Of a stretch of DNA of 55,025 nt, positions 23,736-34,261 are shown in pieces. The notes under the pieces are model-generated. The model searched no databases. It was not told where the DNA came from and saw only the letters and a program-made list of their open reading frames with translations. The position numbers were made by a program, and so were the translations under genes. Source of the stretch: Psittacicella sp. (GTDB lineage: Bacteria; Pseudomonadota; Gammaproteobacteria; Enterobacterales; JAWXTV01); assembly GCA_044433245.1 (NCBI GenBank), contig JAWXTV010000001.1:1-55025 (forward strand). Direction: 5' to 3'. Position 1 is the stretch's first letter, and every line of letters starts with the position of its first letter.

Positions 23736-26057
23736 TCATAAAAGTGATTTATGAATAAAAATTATATCCTTAGATTTTAAAATTTTTATTAGATTATTTC
23801 TTAATTTAAAGAGATCTAGAGATTTATTTCTCTTTAATTCATCTAATATTTCTTTACGAGCATTTTTCATATTTATTTGATATAAAATATTATTACTATC
23901 TTGTATTTTATTTAGTATATTTTCTAACGAACTACTATTTATTGCCGTCTTTGTTATTTCAATAAATAAAATAAAGTAATATTTTAAAAATATATCATAG
24001 GATAAAATACTAATATCTTTTAAATTTGTATCCTTAAAGTTTCTATAATAGTATTGGTGTTTTTTATAAATATATCCAGCTTTAAGGAAGTAATCTAGTG
24101 TATTTTTGATAATTAATTTTAGATTATTACTTGGGTTTATATCTATAAAGTAGTTATCGCTAATAAAGTTTATAAGCTCTTTAGTGTCTAGAAGAAATTT
24201 ATCTATATTAATACTAGAATGTTTAAGTATATATAGGGCTATAAGACTTGGTAAAATAAAAACATGTCTTATATTATTAAAATAGTAAATAGAAGAGTAT
24301 AATCCAACCTCATCCAAGTAAATCTTATTATTTGAGTTTAACTGAATTCCAAGATATTTAACGGTAAGAGAGTGCTCAATAATTTCTTTAGGAGATTTTT
24401 TAGGTGTATTGATAGTTTTACTATATTTAGTATTATTAATTAATTCTATAAGAGTATTTATATGTTTAGCTAATTTTGCTTTTTCTAAGGACCCTGAGTT
24501 CATAAGTAAAGAGCTGCAAATAAGAGATATAGAGTTTAATGAAGCTGCGCTATTAATATTAAACATAATTTTATTTGCAATATTTAATGTATCTTTTTTA
24601 TTAAATGATTCTATTTTTGAATAATCTATATTAATAGGTTCTCCAAAGTTTAAATAGCATTCGCCAAAGTTTCTAAAAGTTTTTAGAGCTTTTAGCATTA
24701 AAAATATACTTTCTTTTTCTTTCTTGGCACCTTTAATTTCAGCGTGATAGCTGCCAACTTCAACTGTTCTTTCATACCCTATATATACAGGGACTATTGT
24801 AATAGGAATATTATTATTTTCAGCAGCTGAAAGAAGAACTGATAGTACTCCAGTTTTTGGATTTAGAAGTTTTCCAGTTCTAGATCTTCCACCTTCTATA
24901 AAAAATTCTATAGGATTTCCTCTTAAAAATAGGTTAGATATATATTCTTTAAATATAGAGCTATAAAGTCTATTTCCCTGAAAATTACGTCTTATAAAAA
25001 AAGCCCCACCTCGTCTAAGTATGGCTCCACCACCTTTAAAGTTTAAATTAACTCCAGCTGCTATATGAGGAAGAGCAAGACCTTCATGGTGAAGTACATA
25101 TGAAAGTAGCAAGTAATCTAAATGGCTTCTATGGGAGGCTATATATACTATATTTTCACCTTTTGAGGATATTTCTCTTAACTTTTTAGCGCCTAAAACA
25201 TTTATACCTTTATAAAGTTTGGTCCAAATAATTTTAAAGATCTTATCAGATAATCTAAGACCTGTATAATTCATATTTGAAGCCATTTCATTGATAATTT
25301 GTTTAGCTTCTTTTTTAGGGTTTATAAATATTTTAGAAGTTTCTTTATATTTTATCTTAGTAGCTTTTTTAGATTTATTTAGTTGCTGGATTATATTTAA
25401 AACATTTTCGCTATCTAGTATATTTTTTATTAAAGATTTTCTATAAGGAAGCTTTGCTCCTGTTATAGCTTTATTTTCTTTATGTATTAAAATTTCTCCT
25501 GCTCTTTTAAGAAGCTTTTCAAGTTCTAAATCATTGTAACTATTTAATTTATCTTTTTTAATAAGCTCTTTTAAAGAAATTGGTTTTGAGAATTTGATAG
25601 AACTAGTTCTTCCGTGGAGAACTATGCTAATAAATTTTTTAATACTATTTTTATAAATTCTAGTTAATTTTTTATTATCATAGCCAGGAGCTCTATTCCA
25701 TAGTATTGAAGTAGTTACAATAAGAATATCTTCGCTACCATTTAAACAGTATTTTAAATATTTTTGAAATATTTCTTTTGAGCTTGATTTTTTATCATCT
25801 AAAAAAATATATGATGAAATATCTTGATTATCTATAGTATTTTTTAATAGAGGATTTTTAAGACCAACTTTTAAAGCTTCTCTTTTTAAAATTAGTAATT
25901 CAAAGTATGATTTTACAGGCATTAAGTATAAAATTTTTTGATTATCTTCTATATTAAATTCTACTTTTGGATTCTTTGGGATTGGAGATATATTAATTAT
26001 AGGAGATAAAAGATATATATTTAATTTTGCTATAATTTTTTTATAAAAATTTATCAT
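23736..26057 (-). CDS. plsB: glycerol-3-phosphate 1-O-acyltransferase PlsB
   Basis: 773 aa with the acyltransferase H(X)4D motif ASHRSHLDYLLLSY, plus FFIRRNF and IEGGRSRTGKLL blocks. The size fits PlsB. The start overlaps the uvrD stop by 4 nt. Confidence 0.92.
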   Translation of the reverse strand: MINFYKKIIAKLNIYLLSPIINISPIPKNPKVEFNIEDNQKILYLMPVKSYFELLILKREALKVGLKNPLLKNTIDNQDISSYIFLDDKKSSSKEIFQKYLKYCLNGSEDILIVTTSILWNRAPGYDNKKLTRIYKNSIKKFISIVLHGRTSSIKFSKPISLKELIKKDKLNSYNDLELEKLLKRAGEILIHKENKAITGAKLPYRKSLIKNILDSENVLNIIQQLNKSKKATKIKYKETSKIFINPKKEAKQIINEMASNMNYTGLRLSDKIFKIIWTKLYKGINVLGAKKLREISSKGENIVYIASHRSHLDYLLLSYVLHHEGLALPHIAAGVNLNFKGGGAILRRGGAFFIRRNFQGNRLYSSIFKEYISNLFLRGNPIEFFIEGGRSRTGKLLNPKTGVLSVLLSAAENNNIPITIVPVYIGYERTVEVGSYHAEIKGAKKEKESIFLMLKALKTFRNFGECYLNFGEPINIDYSKIESFNKKDTLNIANKIMFNINSAASLNSISLICSSLLMNSGSLEKAKLAKHINTLIELINNTKYSKTINTPKKSPKEIIEHSLTVKYLGIQLNSNNKIYLDEVGLYSSIYYFNNIRHVFILPSLIALYILKHSSINIDKFLLDTKELINFISDNYFIDINPSNNLKLIIKNTLDYFLKAGYIYKKHQYYYRNFKDTNLKDISILSYDIFLKYYFILFIEITKTAINSSSLENILNKIQDSNNILYQINMKNARKEILDELKRNKSLDLFKLRNNLIKILKSKDIIFIHKSLL

Positions 26058-28339
26058 ATTTTTTTTAGTTTAGCCAAGTTTACTTTTAAGGATTTAATTA
26101 TTTTATTTTTAAATTCTACTTGAACTCTTAAATCATTTTGAGAGCCTTCTTTAGCTATTATAGTTCCAATTCCAAATTTAGAGTGCTCAACTTTTTGGCC
26201 TACATAGTATTCTTCATTTTTATTGTTTTTAGTTAAAGATGGATCTTTTATAAGAGATTTTATATCATTATAATCTCTTTCTTGTTGTATGTAATTATCA
26301 TACTTACTTTTGTAAGTATTTCTTTCGGAGTTAGAGTATTTATTATATCTTTCGGAATTATAGTTATTTAATGAATAGTTACTTTGTGAGTATTTATTTC
26401 TAATCTCTGGGTCTTTAGATATATTTTTTAGATTAGATGGAATTTCATTTAAAAATCTAGATTGAATACAATTTTTGTGAGTATTATATAAGAATTTAGA
26501 ATTAGAATGAGTTAAAAATAGGTTTTCACGAGCTCTTGTGATAGCTACATAACAAAGTCTTCTTTCTTCTTCTAGATTATCTTCGGCTATGGATGATTTT
26601 AAAGGAAGTTGATCCTCTTCAAATCCAACTATAAATATATTTTTAAATTCAAGACCTTTAGATGAGTGTATAGTCATGAGGTTTACTGAGTCCTGTTTAG
26701 CCTCTTCATTTGAGCTGTTTAAAGAAATGCTTTCTAAGAATTTTTCTTCAATTGTTTCATAAGCCTCTAAAGAATTTATATTTTCTTCTTGAAAGTTATA
26801 AGCTGCTGAGATTAACTCTGTTAAGTTTTCAATTTTAGTAGCGCCTCTTATAGAGTCTTTTTTATAATACTCTTCAAGTTTTGCATAAGTAATGACATCT
26901 TGGATAACTTGATTTAGTTCAGATACATTTTTTGATTTTTTAATAGCTTCTATGACAGATATAAATTGAGTAAGCTTTTCTCTTATTCCTTGATTGAAGT
27001 TTTCATCTAGAGCTATAATTTTTGAAGCCTCATATAGAGATACTTTATTATCTAAAGCTATGGTTTCAATTCTAGATAAAGATACAGCACCAAGACCTCT
27101 TGCTGGGACATTTATAACTCTATTAAAAGAAATATTATCGGTTGAATCTAAAGCTAGTTTTAAATAAGAAAGCGCATCTTTAATTTCAGCTCTTTCAAAA
27201 AAACGTATTCCTCCAAAAATAATATAAGGAATAGATTTCTTGCCTAAAGCACCTTCTAGTGATCTTGATTGAGCATTACTTCTGTAAAGAATTGCTATAT
27301 CTGAATAGTTAAAACCTTTCTCTTTAAGGTTTTGGATTTTATTGGATATATAATTTGATTCATTATCTTGATTAGCTGCATTATAAACTTGAATTAAAGA
27401 ACCTTCATTATTTTCTGTCCAAAGTTCTTTTCCAAGTCTTGAATCATTATTTTTAATTATGCTATTAGCTGCTTTTAAAATAGTATTAGTTGATCGATAG
27501 TTTTGCTCTAATTTTATAATTTGAGCAGGAGTAAAGTCATTTTCAAAGTTTTGAATGTGTTTTATTTTAGCTCCCCTCCAACCATATATAGATTGATCAT
27601 CATCACCAACTGCTATAACTGGAATGGGGTTTTCTAAAACTCCAGATCCTGATAGAAGTCTTACCCAGTCATACTGGATAGTATTAGTGTCTTGAAACTC
27701 ATCTATTAAAATATAAGAGATTTCCTCTCTATATCTTTTAAGAATAGATGGATTGTTTTGTAATAACTCAAAAGATCTAAGTAAAAGTTCAGAGAAATCA
27801 ACTAAGCTTTCATTCATACATCTGTTTTCATAAGCTTCATATATAGAGTATATAGCTTTATCAGTTGGATTTTCTGTATTTAGATTTCTAACTCTTATAC
27901 CTTCTTCCTTTTTAGAGCTTATTATAGATGCTACATTTTTAGGTTTATTAGCTTCTATATCAATATGTAAGTGGGTCATTATATTTTTTATAATTCCAAC
28001 TTGATCATTAGTATCTAAAATTTGAAAGTTACTTTTTAACCCAGCTTCTTGGTAATTATCTTTAAGCATATTAAGAGCGATGGAGTGAAAAGTTCCTATT
28101 AATGGGCTATAGAATTTATAGCCAAGGTTTTTTCTTATTCTTTCTTTCATTTCCTTAGCTGCTTTATTAGTAAAAGTAACAGCCATTATAGAGTTAATAG
28201 AATAGTTATAGTGGTCTATTAAATATATAATTCTTTGAGTTAAAGTATGAGTTTTTCCGCTTCCAGCTCCAGCTAGTATAAGGTAGTTACCAATTTCTGC
28301 ATGGACTGCTTGATGTTGCTTAGGGTTTAAATTATTCAT
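26054..28339 (-). CDS. uvrD: ATP-dependent DNA helicase II (UvrD) with low-complexity linker and C-terminal Tudor-like domain
   Basis: 761 aa. It has Walker A AGAGSGKTHTLT, DEFQDTN, GDDDQSIYGWRGA, QNYRS and VAITRAR motifs. The C-terminus YVGQKVEHSKFGIGTI resembles the UvrD/PcrA C-terminal domain. Confidence 0.9.
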   Translation of the reverse strand: MNNLNPKQHQAVHAEIGNYLILAGAGSGKTHTLTQRIIYLIDHYNYSINSIMAVTFTNKAAKEMKERIRKNLGYKFYSPLIGTFHSIALNMLKDNYQEAGLKSNFQILDTNDQVGIIKNIMTHLHIDIEANKPKNVASIISSKKEEGIRVRNLNTENPTDKAIYSIYEAYENRCMNESLVDFSELLLRSFELLQNNPSILKRYREEISYILIDEFQDTNTIQYDWVRLLSGSGVLENPIPVIAVGDDDQSIYGWRGAKIKHIQNFENDFTPAQIIKLEQNYRSTNTILKAANSIIKNNDSRLGKELWTENNEGSLIQVYNAANQDNESNYISNKIQNLKEKGFNYSDIAILYRSNAQSRSLEGALGKKSIPYIIFGGIRFFERAEIKDALSYLKLALDSTDNISFNRVINVPARGLGAVSLSRIETIALDNKVSLYEASKIIALDENFNQGIREKLTQFISVIEAIKKSKNVSELNQVIQDVITYAKLEEYYKKDSIRGATKIENLTELISAAYNFQEENINSLEAYETIEEKFLESISLNSSNEEAKQDSVNLMTIHSSKGLEFKNIFIVGFEEDQLPLKSSIAEDNLEEERRLCYVAITRARENLFLTHSNSKFLYNTHKNCIQSRFLNEIPSNLKNISKDPEIRNKYSQSNYSLNNYNSERYNKYSNSERNTYKSKYDNYIQQERDYNDIKSLIKDPSLTKNNKNEEYYVGQKVEHSKFGIGTIIAKEGSQNDLRVQVEFKNKIIKSLKVNLAKLKKI

Positions 28340-28350
28340 TTCAGATTTTA

Positions 28351-29001
28351 TTAAAAGTTTGGTTTTGAGTAAAAAGAGAGTCTCTCATGTGTTAAAGGGT
28401 GATTAAATTCTATATATTTAGAGTGTAAGCATAGTCTATTTCTTAAGTTATAAGCTGCTTTATGAGAGTAAATTCTGTCGCCTAAAATAGGGTTACCAAT
28501 TGCTTGCATGTGTAATCTAAGCTGATGAGTTCTTCCTGTAATTGGAGTAAGCTCAACTCTTGCTATATTATTTTTATATTTTTCAATAATTTTATATTCA
28601 GTTATAGATTTTTTTCCATATATATAGGAAACTTCTTGTTTTGGTCTATTTTCCCAATCGCATATTAAAGGAAGGTTTATAACTCCAGAGTTTTTTTCTG
28701 GGTGGGACCATACTAAAGCTTCATATTTTTTTTGTATAGTTTTTTCTCTAAACTGTTTTTTTAATTCTCTATCAGCAAGCTTGCTTAAAGAGAAAATTAA
28801 TATACCGCTTGTAGCCATATCAAGCCTATGAGCTGGTTCTGCATAATTAAATTTTTGGCGTACCCTTGTATGACAGCTATCATAATGGATATCAAGTCTT
28901 CCAGATACTGATAATAATCCAGAAGGTTTTTCAACAACAGCTATATGGTTATCATAGTATAAGTATTTTAATTCGTCTTTTGGGGGATTATATATAAACA
29001 T
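28351..29001 (-). CDS. rluA: RluA-family pseudouridine synthase
   Basis: The catalytic motif HRLDMATSGILIF and the GRTHQLR block are present. The start was moved to the ATG (MFIYNPP); the track's GTG at 29019 lies inside a hairpin. Confidence 0.85.
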   Translation of the reverse strand: MFIYNPPKDELKYLYYDNHIAVVEKPSGLLSVSGRLDIHYDSCHTRVRQKFNYAEPAHRLDMATSGILIFSLSKLADRELKKQFREKTIQKKYEALVWSHPEKNSGVINLPLICDWENRPKQEVSYIYGKKSITEYKIIEKYKNNIARVELTPITGRTHQLRLHMQAIGNPILGDRIYSHKAAYNLRNRLCLHSKYIEFNHPLTHERLSFYSKPNF

Positions 29002-29011
29002 ATTATAAAAT

Positions 29012-29045
29012 AATAACACAAGAAGAGTTTTCTTCCTGTGTTATT
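29012..29045 (-). terminator. intrinsic terminator after gnd
   Basis: A 15-bp stem AATAACACAAGAAGA / TCTTCCTGTGTTATT (one mismatch) with loop GTTT. On the - strand it is followed by ATTTTATAAT. Confidence 0.6.
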
Positions 29046-29066
29046 TTATATTGCTAAGAACTAAAA

Positions 29067-30521
29067 TTAAGCGTTATAAGTTGTGGCAAATACATTACCA
29101 CCTTCGCCAGTCCAGTCAGTATGGAAGAACTCTCCACGTTTTTTATCTGCTCTTTCATAAGTATGAGCACCAAAGAAATCTCTTTGAGCTTGAATTAAAT
29201 TAGCTGGTAGAGTTTCAGTTGTGTAACTATCTAAGAATAAAAGTCCAGCAGCAGTACAAGGCATAGGTATTCCAAGCTCAATACTTTTAACTAAAACTTT
29301 TCTCCAAGCTGCTTGGCAGTTTTCTAGGATAGCTTTAAAGTAAGTATCATTCCCTAAGAATACTAAATCTGGATTAGTTTTATAAGCATCTCTTATTTTT
29401 TCTAAGAATGAGCTTCTAATAATACATCCTTCACGCCATAGTAAAGCAGTATTACCATAGTTTAAATTCCAACCAAATTCTTCAGAAGCTTGTCTAATTA
29501 GCATAAATCCTTGAGCATAAGAAATAATTTTAGAAGCTAATAGAGCTTGTCTTACTAGTTCAACTACCTCTTCTATATTTTCTTGAGCTGAAGTATTGAT
29601 AAGAGTTTTGTTAAATGTTTTAGAGTTAGAAATACGGTCTTCTTTAAGTGCTGAAATACATCTTGCAAATACTGATTCAGTAATTAAAGTTAAAGGAACA
29701 GCTTGGTTTAAAGCATTAATACCTGTCCATTTACCAGTACCTTTTTGTCCAGCAGCATCTAGGATTTTATGAAGAACTAATTCATCATTTTCTTTATATC
29801 CAAGAATTTTATAAGTAATTTCAATTAGGTAGCTATTTAGCTCTGTTTCATTCCATTTAGTAAATGTATCTTTTAATTGTTCATCATTTAGATTTAAGCC
29901 TCTTCTCATAAAATCATAAGCTTCAGAGATAAGTTGCATATCCCCATACTCAATACCGTTATGAACCATTTTTACAAAGTGTCCAGCACCACTATTTCCA
30001 ACCCAGTCACAACAAGGCTCACCTTTATCGGTTTTCGCAGCTATAGCTTGTAGAATTGGTTTAACGTGAGGCCATGCTTTAGGATTTCCACCTGGCATAA
30101 TTGATGGTCCAAAACGAGCTCCTTCTTCACCGCCTGAAATTCCAGACCCTACATATAAGATTCCCTTTTCTTCAAGTTCAGCACATCTTTTAATCGTATC
30201 AGTATACTCTGAGTTACCGCCATCAATAATTATATCTCCAGCCTCTAAGTGAGGTACTAAAAGATCTATAAATTGTTGAACAGCTGCTCCTGCTTTAACC
30301 ATAAGCATAACTTTACGAGGAGTTTCTAATTTAGATACTAATTCTTCAATAGAGTGAGATCCTTGAATATTAGTTCCTTTAGCTTCATTTTCTAAAAAAT
30401 GATCAACTTTAGAGGTTGTTCTATTGAAAACAACAACATTAAATCCGTGATCATTCATATTAAGAATTAGGTTTTGACCCATTACAGCTAAACCTACTAC
30501 ACCTATATCACCTTTTTTCAT
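29067..30521 (-). CDS. gnd: 6-phosphogluconate dehydrogenase, decarboxylating
   Basis: 484 aa with the NADP fold DIGVVGLAVMGQNLILN. GHFVKMVHNGIEYGDMQLI and the C-terminal QRDFFGAHTYER are also present. Confidence 0.96.
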   Translation of the reverse strand: MKKGDIGVVGLAVMGQNLILNMNDHGFNVVVFNRTTSKVDHFLENEAKGTNIQGSHSIEELVSKLETPRKVMLMVKAGAAVQQFIDLLVPHLEAGDIIIDGGNSEYTDTIKRCAELEEKGILYVGSGISGGEEGARFGPSIMPGGNPKAWPHVKPILQAIAAKTDKGEPCCDWVGNSGAGHFVKMVHNGIEYGDMQLISEAYDFMRRGLNLNDEQLKDTFTKWNETELNSYLIEITYKILGYKENDELVLHKILDAAGQKGTGKWTGINALNQAVPLTLITESVFARCISALKEDRISNSKTFNKTLINTSAQENIEEVVELVRQALLASKIISYAQGFMLIRQASEEFGWNLNYGNTALLWREGCIIRSSFLEKIRDAYKTNPDLVFLGNDTYFKAILENCQAAWRKVLVKSIELGIPMPCTAAGLLFLDSYTTETLPANLIQAQRDFFGAHTYERADKKRGEFFHTDWTGEGGNVFATTYNA

Positions 30522-30562
30522 ATTTATTTTCCTTTTTATGATAATTTATATGATGGTAAAAA

Positions 30563-31279
30563 TTATTTTATTAATTGACCAGCTGCTCCATCTAAAAACC
30601 ACTCTGTAATGCCTTTTTTGGAAGAGATATTGCCAGCAGGGTAAGATGTTTTTGAGGAGTTAATTTCCTTAACGGTAGACGCTTTATCATCTCCTGTTAC
30701 TATGAAAGTAATTCTTTTTGCGTTAGATAGAAGTTTAGCGCTCATACTAATTCTAAACTGAGAGTTATACGGGTTTTGAACAACTAATGCTAAACTTTGT
30801 GAGTCTAAATTATTAGCTTCAGGAAATAAAGATGCTGTATGTCCATCAGATCCCATCCCAAGCATAATCCAATCAAAACAGGGAATAGAATTTTGTTTTT
30901 CTACTTTTACTGAGATTTCTTGCTCATAGCGAAGAGCTTCAGCTTTATGGTCTATTGCTTCACCTATAATTCTATGTATATTTTCTTTGGGGATAGAAAT
31001 ATTGTCAAATAAAATTCTCTTAGCTTCTCCATAGTTACTATCTGAATTTTCAGGTTTAACAAGTCTTTCATCACACCACCAAAAATGAATATTGTTCCAT
31101 TTGATTTGATGTTTTCCTGAATTATATTTTTCTTCAGTAAGAAGTTTAAATAAGGCTTTGGGAGTGTTGCCACCAGATATAGCTATATGAATACCTTCAG
31201 ATTCTTGACTATAAGAAATAAGCTCTTGAGCTATTTTTTCCATTAAATTTTGAACTGTTTTGAAAATAATCGAATTCAT
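30563..31279 (-). CDS. pgl: 6-phosphogluconolactonase
   Basis: 238 aa of the NagB/DevB fold, with ISGGNTP and LGMGSDGHTASLFP motifs. It is located between zwf and gnd. Confidence 0.9.
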   Translation of the reverse strand: MNSIIFKTVQNLMEKIAQELISYSQESEGIHIAISGGNTPKALFKLLTEEKYNSGKHQIKWNNIHFWWCDERLVKPENSDSNYGEAKRILFDNISIPKENIHRIIGEAIDHKAEALRYEQEISVKVEKQNSIPCFDWIMLGMGSDGHTASLFPEANNLDSQSLALVVQNPYNSQFRISMSAKLLSNAKRITFIVTGDDKASTVKEINSSKTSYPAGNISSKKGITEWFLDGAAGQLIK

Positions 31280-31300
31280 AATCTTTTTTCCTTAGCTAGT

Positions 31301-32737
31301 TTATCTTTCTATTATTGTCTTTAAAAGATTGTCAGACTCTTTTGGACCCCAAGACCAGCATGGATATTGGTATACTTTAGGGTTATTATTTTTATAATCA
31401 ATTATAGGCTGTACAAATGACCAGCATGCCTCTATAGTATCACTTCTTGTAAATAAAGTCGCATCACCTTTTAAAGCATCAAAGATTAATCTTTCATAAC
31501 CAAGCATTAAGTGAGTTGTTTTCTCTATGGATGAGTAAGCAAAATCTAAACACCCTTCTCTTGTATTAAATCCTTCTCCAGGCTCTTTAAGATTAAATTT
31601 AAAACTTAAAGAAGCATCTGGCTGAATTTCAAATATTAAGCTATTTCTCGCACTATTTTTAAATAAGCTGTTTTGATTTTCTTTGAAATGAATTGTAATT
31701 TCAGCAAGTTTTTTTGGAAGTCTTTTTCCAATTCTAATGTAAATTGGAGTATCACTCCATCTTTTATTTTGAATATTAAGTTTTAAAGCTATAAAAGTTT
31801 CTGTTTTTGAATCTTTAGCAATACCTTCTTCATCTAGATATCCAGGTAATTTTTGATCATTATTTGAATTTTCTGAATATTGCCCTAAAACAAGATTTGT
31901 ATTAAGATCTTTTTCATTAAAAATTTTAATATTTTTAATTAGAGCTGTAATTTGATCTCTTATTCCATTAGCATCCATTTTCTGTGGTGCTTCCATAGTA
32001 AATATAGCAAGAGTTTGAAGAATATGATTTTGAAGCATATCACGCATAGCTCCAGCATTATCATAGTATCCACCACGTTTTTCAACACCAATAGATTCAG
32101 CTGAAGTTATTTCTATATAATCTATGTGTTTATTATCCCAAATAGTTTCAAAAATAGGGTTTGCAAATCTTGTGACTATTAAATTTTGAACAGCTTCTTT
32201 ACCAAGATAATGGTCAATTCTATATATTTGATCTTCATTAAGATCTTTTGCTAATTCTTTATTTAAATCTATAGCAGAGGAAAGGTCATACCCAAAAGGT
32301 TTTTCAATGATAAATCTTTTCCATCCATCTTTCTCTTGATTTAATCCTACACTAGATAAATTCTTAACTATAGTTTTATATAAAATAGGAGGAGTAGATA
32401 GATAAAATAAAATATTATTTTTATCAAGATTTTTATTAATAGATTTTAATTTTATATTAACAAGACTGTAATCTTCAGGATCTGCTGTATCTATTGGTTG
32501 ATAATATATATGGGATAGAAAATTATTTAAAAGTTTTTCATCATATTTATTATTAGCTAAATCATTTTTTAATTTTTCTCTATACTCTTCATCACTAAAT
32601 TTTGTTCTACTTACACCTATAATTGTAAATTTTTCTGCAAGTTTATTTGTTTTGTATAAAGAAATTAATGAAGGCATTAATAATCTTTTGGTTAGATCTC
32701 CTGATGCCCCAAATATTACTAGAGTATATTTACTCAT
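31301..32737 (-). CDS. zwf: glucose-6-phosphate 1-dehydrogenase
   Basis: 478 aa with IFGASGDLTKR NADP motif, active-site RIDHYLGKE and MRDMLQNH. Confidence 0.96.
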   Translation of the reverse strand: MSKYTLVIFGASGDLTKRLLMPSLISLYKTNKLAEKFTIIGVSRTKFSDEEYREKLKNDLANNKYDEKLLNNFLSHIYYQPIDTADPEDYSLVNIKLKSINKNLDKNNILFYLSTPPILYKTIVKNLSSVGLNQEKDGWKRFIIEKPFGYDLSSAIDLNKELAKDLNEDQIYRIDHYLGKEAVQNLIVTRFANPIFETIWDNKHIDYIEITSAESIGVEKRGGYYDNAGAMRDMLQNHILQTLAIFTMEAPQKMDANGIRDQITALIKNIKIFNEKDLNTNLVLGQYSENSNNDQKLPGYLDEEGIAKDSKTETFIALKLNIQNKRWSDTPIYIRIGKRLPKKLAEITIHFKENQNSLFKNSARNSLIFEIQPDASLSFKFNLKEPGEGFNTREGCLDFAYSSIEKTTHLMLGYERLIFDALKGDATLFTRSDTIEACWSFVQPIIDYKNNNPKVYQYPCWSWGPKESDNLLKTIIER

Positions 32738-32759
32738 TTTACATTCCTTTTTATAAATT

Positions 32760-33566
32760 TTATTGTTTTATAATTTTTAAAATATCAATTTCTTTATCAC
32801 AAATAGCGATAAAAGATGGGTTTTTAAATTTATCTTTATTATATTTTAAAAAGTTGTTTTTGTAATTAACAAGTTTGCCACCTACACCCTCTAACAACCC
32901 TTGAGCAGATGCGCTATCCCATTCAGAAGTAGGGCCATTACTTAAATATATATCTGCTTTATTTTCAAGAATTAAACCAGCTTTTAGACCGCTTGATCCA
33001 TATTTAATAAATTCATATTCAAAATTTTGAGATAAAATATCTTTAATTTCATCTAGATTAGCATTTCTTCCTATAGCAATTCTTATTTTTTGATCTAAAT
33101 TTAATTTTCTTGGAGAAATTTTATAAAATTTTGAGTTACTTAAAATATATGACTTATGTTTATCCATTAAATAAGTTCTATTTATACTTGGAGAATGTAC
33201 TACTGTAAATATAGGGTTATGATAATGCATAAAGCTTAGCATTATAGCAAATTCATCTTGTCCTTTAATAAATTGTTTAGTTCCGTCGATTGGATCTATT
33301 AGCCAATATAAAGGGTTTTTTTTAAAATCTATCTTAGTATTAGCTGATTCTTCTGTAATAATTAAGTGCGAACTAACTTTTTCTATAGCTTTTATAAGAA
33401 GTCTATCAATAGCTATATCGATTTGAGTTACTGGAGTGCCATCATTTTTAATTTCAATTTGTAAATTATTCTTATCATCTAAGCTATCTTTATAATAATT
33501 TAAAAGAATTTCCCCAATTTTGTAGACTTCATTTAACAAAGAATTAAAACTACTATCTAAAAGCAT
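32760..33566 (-). CDS. cysQ: 3'(2'),5'-bisphosphate nucleotidase CysQ (inositol monophosphatase family)
   Basis: 268 aa. ITEES, WLIDPIDGTKQFI, GSSGLKAGL and WDSASAQ are colinear with CysQ rather than SuhB. Confidence 0.78.
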   Translation of the reverse strand: MLLDSSFNSLLNEVYKIGEILLNYYKDSLDDKNNLQIEIKNDGTPVTQIDIAIDRLLIKAIEKVSSHLIITEESANTKIDFKKNPLYWLIDPIDGTKQFIKGQDEFAIMLSFMHYHNPIFTVVHSPSINRTYLMDKHKSYILSNSKFYKISPRKLNLDQKIRIAIGRNANLDEIKDILSQNFEYEFIKYGSSGLKAGLILENKADIYLSNGPTSEWDSASAQGLLEGVGGKLVNYKNNFLKYNKDKFKNPSFIAICDKEIDILKIIKQ

Positions 33567-33636
33567 ATATAACCTTTTTACATTTTAATGGTCTTTAATA
33601 TATTTTAATATGTTTTAAAAGAATATAAAGAGATTA

Positions 33637-34185
33637 TTATTTAGAATTAGTTTTTAAAAAGCGTATCAAATCATTTAAGGCTACTAGATTTTTAGATTCA
33701 TTAAAGTTTTTATCGCCTAAAAGATTTTCTAATCTATTTAATGGATATTTTATAATTTCTAAAGGTTCTGGCTCATCACCTTCTAGCACAGAAGGTATAA
33801 GATCTTGAGCTATAAATATATGCATAGGACTTGCCATATATCCAGTTGAGCTATATACAGTTCTTATAAATTTGATATTATTAGGTTTTAAACCAATTTC
33901 TTCTTGAAGCTCTCTTACTGCAGCTTCTTCAGGAGTTTCTCCTTTGTCAACTTTTCCTTTTGGAAAATTGCGTTCATAAATTTCTGTAGCACCGCAATAT
34001 TCATTAACTAAATAGACATAATCTTTTTCAATAGCTATTACAAGAACAGCAGATCCTTTATGAGGCGTTAGTCTTTCGTACTCTCTAATTTCACCATTTG
34101 AAAACTCTATATCTAACTTTTGAACTTCAAAAAGTTTAGTTTTAGCTATAGTTTTAATATTACTAATTTTTGGCAATTTTTTCAT
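33637..34185 (-). CDS. nudE: Nudix hydrolase, ADP-compounds hydrolase NudE-like
   Basis: 182 aa with Nudix box GKVDKGETPEEAAVRELQEEIGL. DIEFSNG and LEGDEPEPL match E. coli NudE. It neighbours hslR-hslO, as in E. coli. Confidence 0.85.
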   Translation of the reverse strand: MKKLPKISNIKTIAKTKLFEVQKLDIEFSNGEIREYERLTPHKGSAVLVIAIEKDYVYLVNEYCGATEIYERNFPKGKVDKGETPEEAAVRELQEEIGLKPNNIKFIRTVYSSTGYMASPMHIFIAQDLIPSVLEGDEPEPLEIIKYPLNRLENLLGDKNFNESKNLVALNDLIRFLKTNSK

Positions 34186-34261
34186 AGTTTAGCCTTTGTA
34201 ATTAATTTATTTATACATATATAAATTATAATTGATATTATTTTTTTATACATATTAAGAG

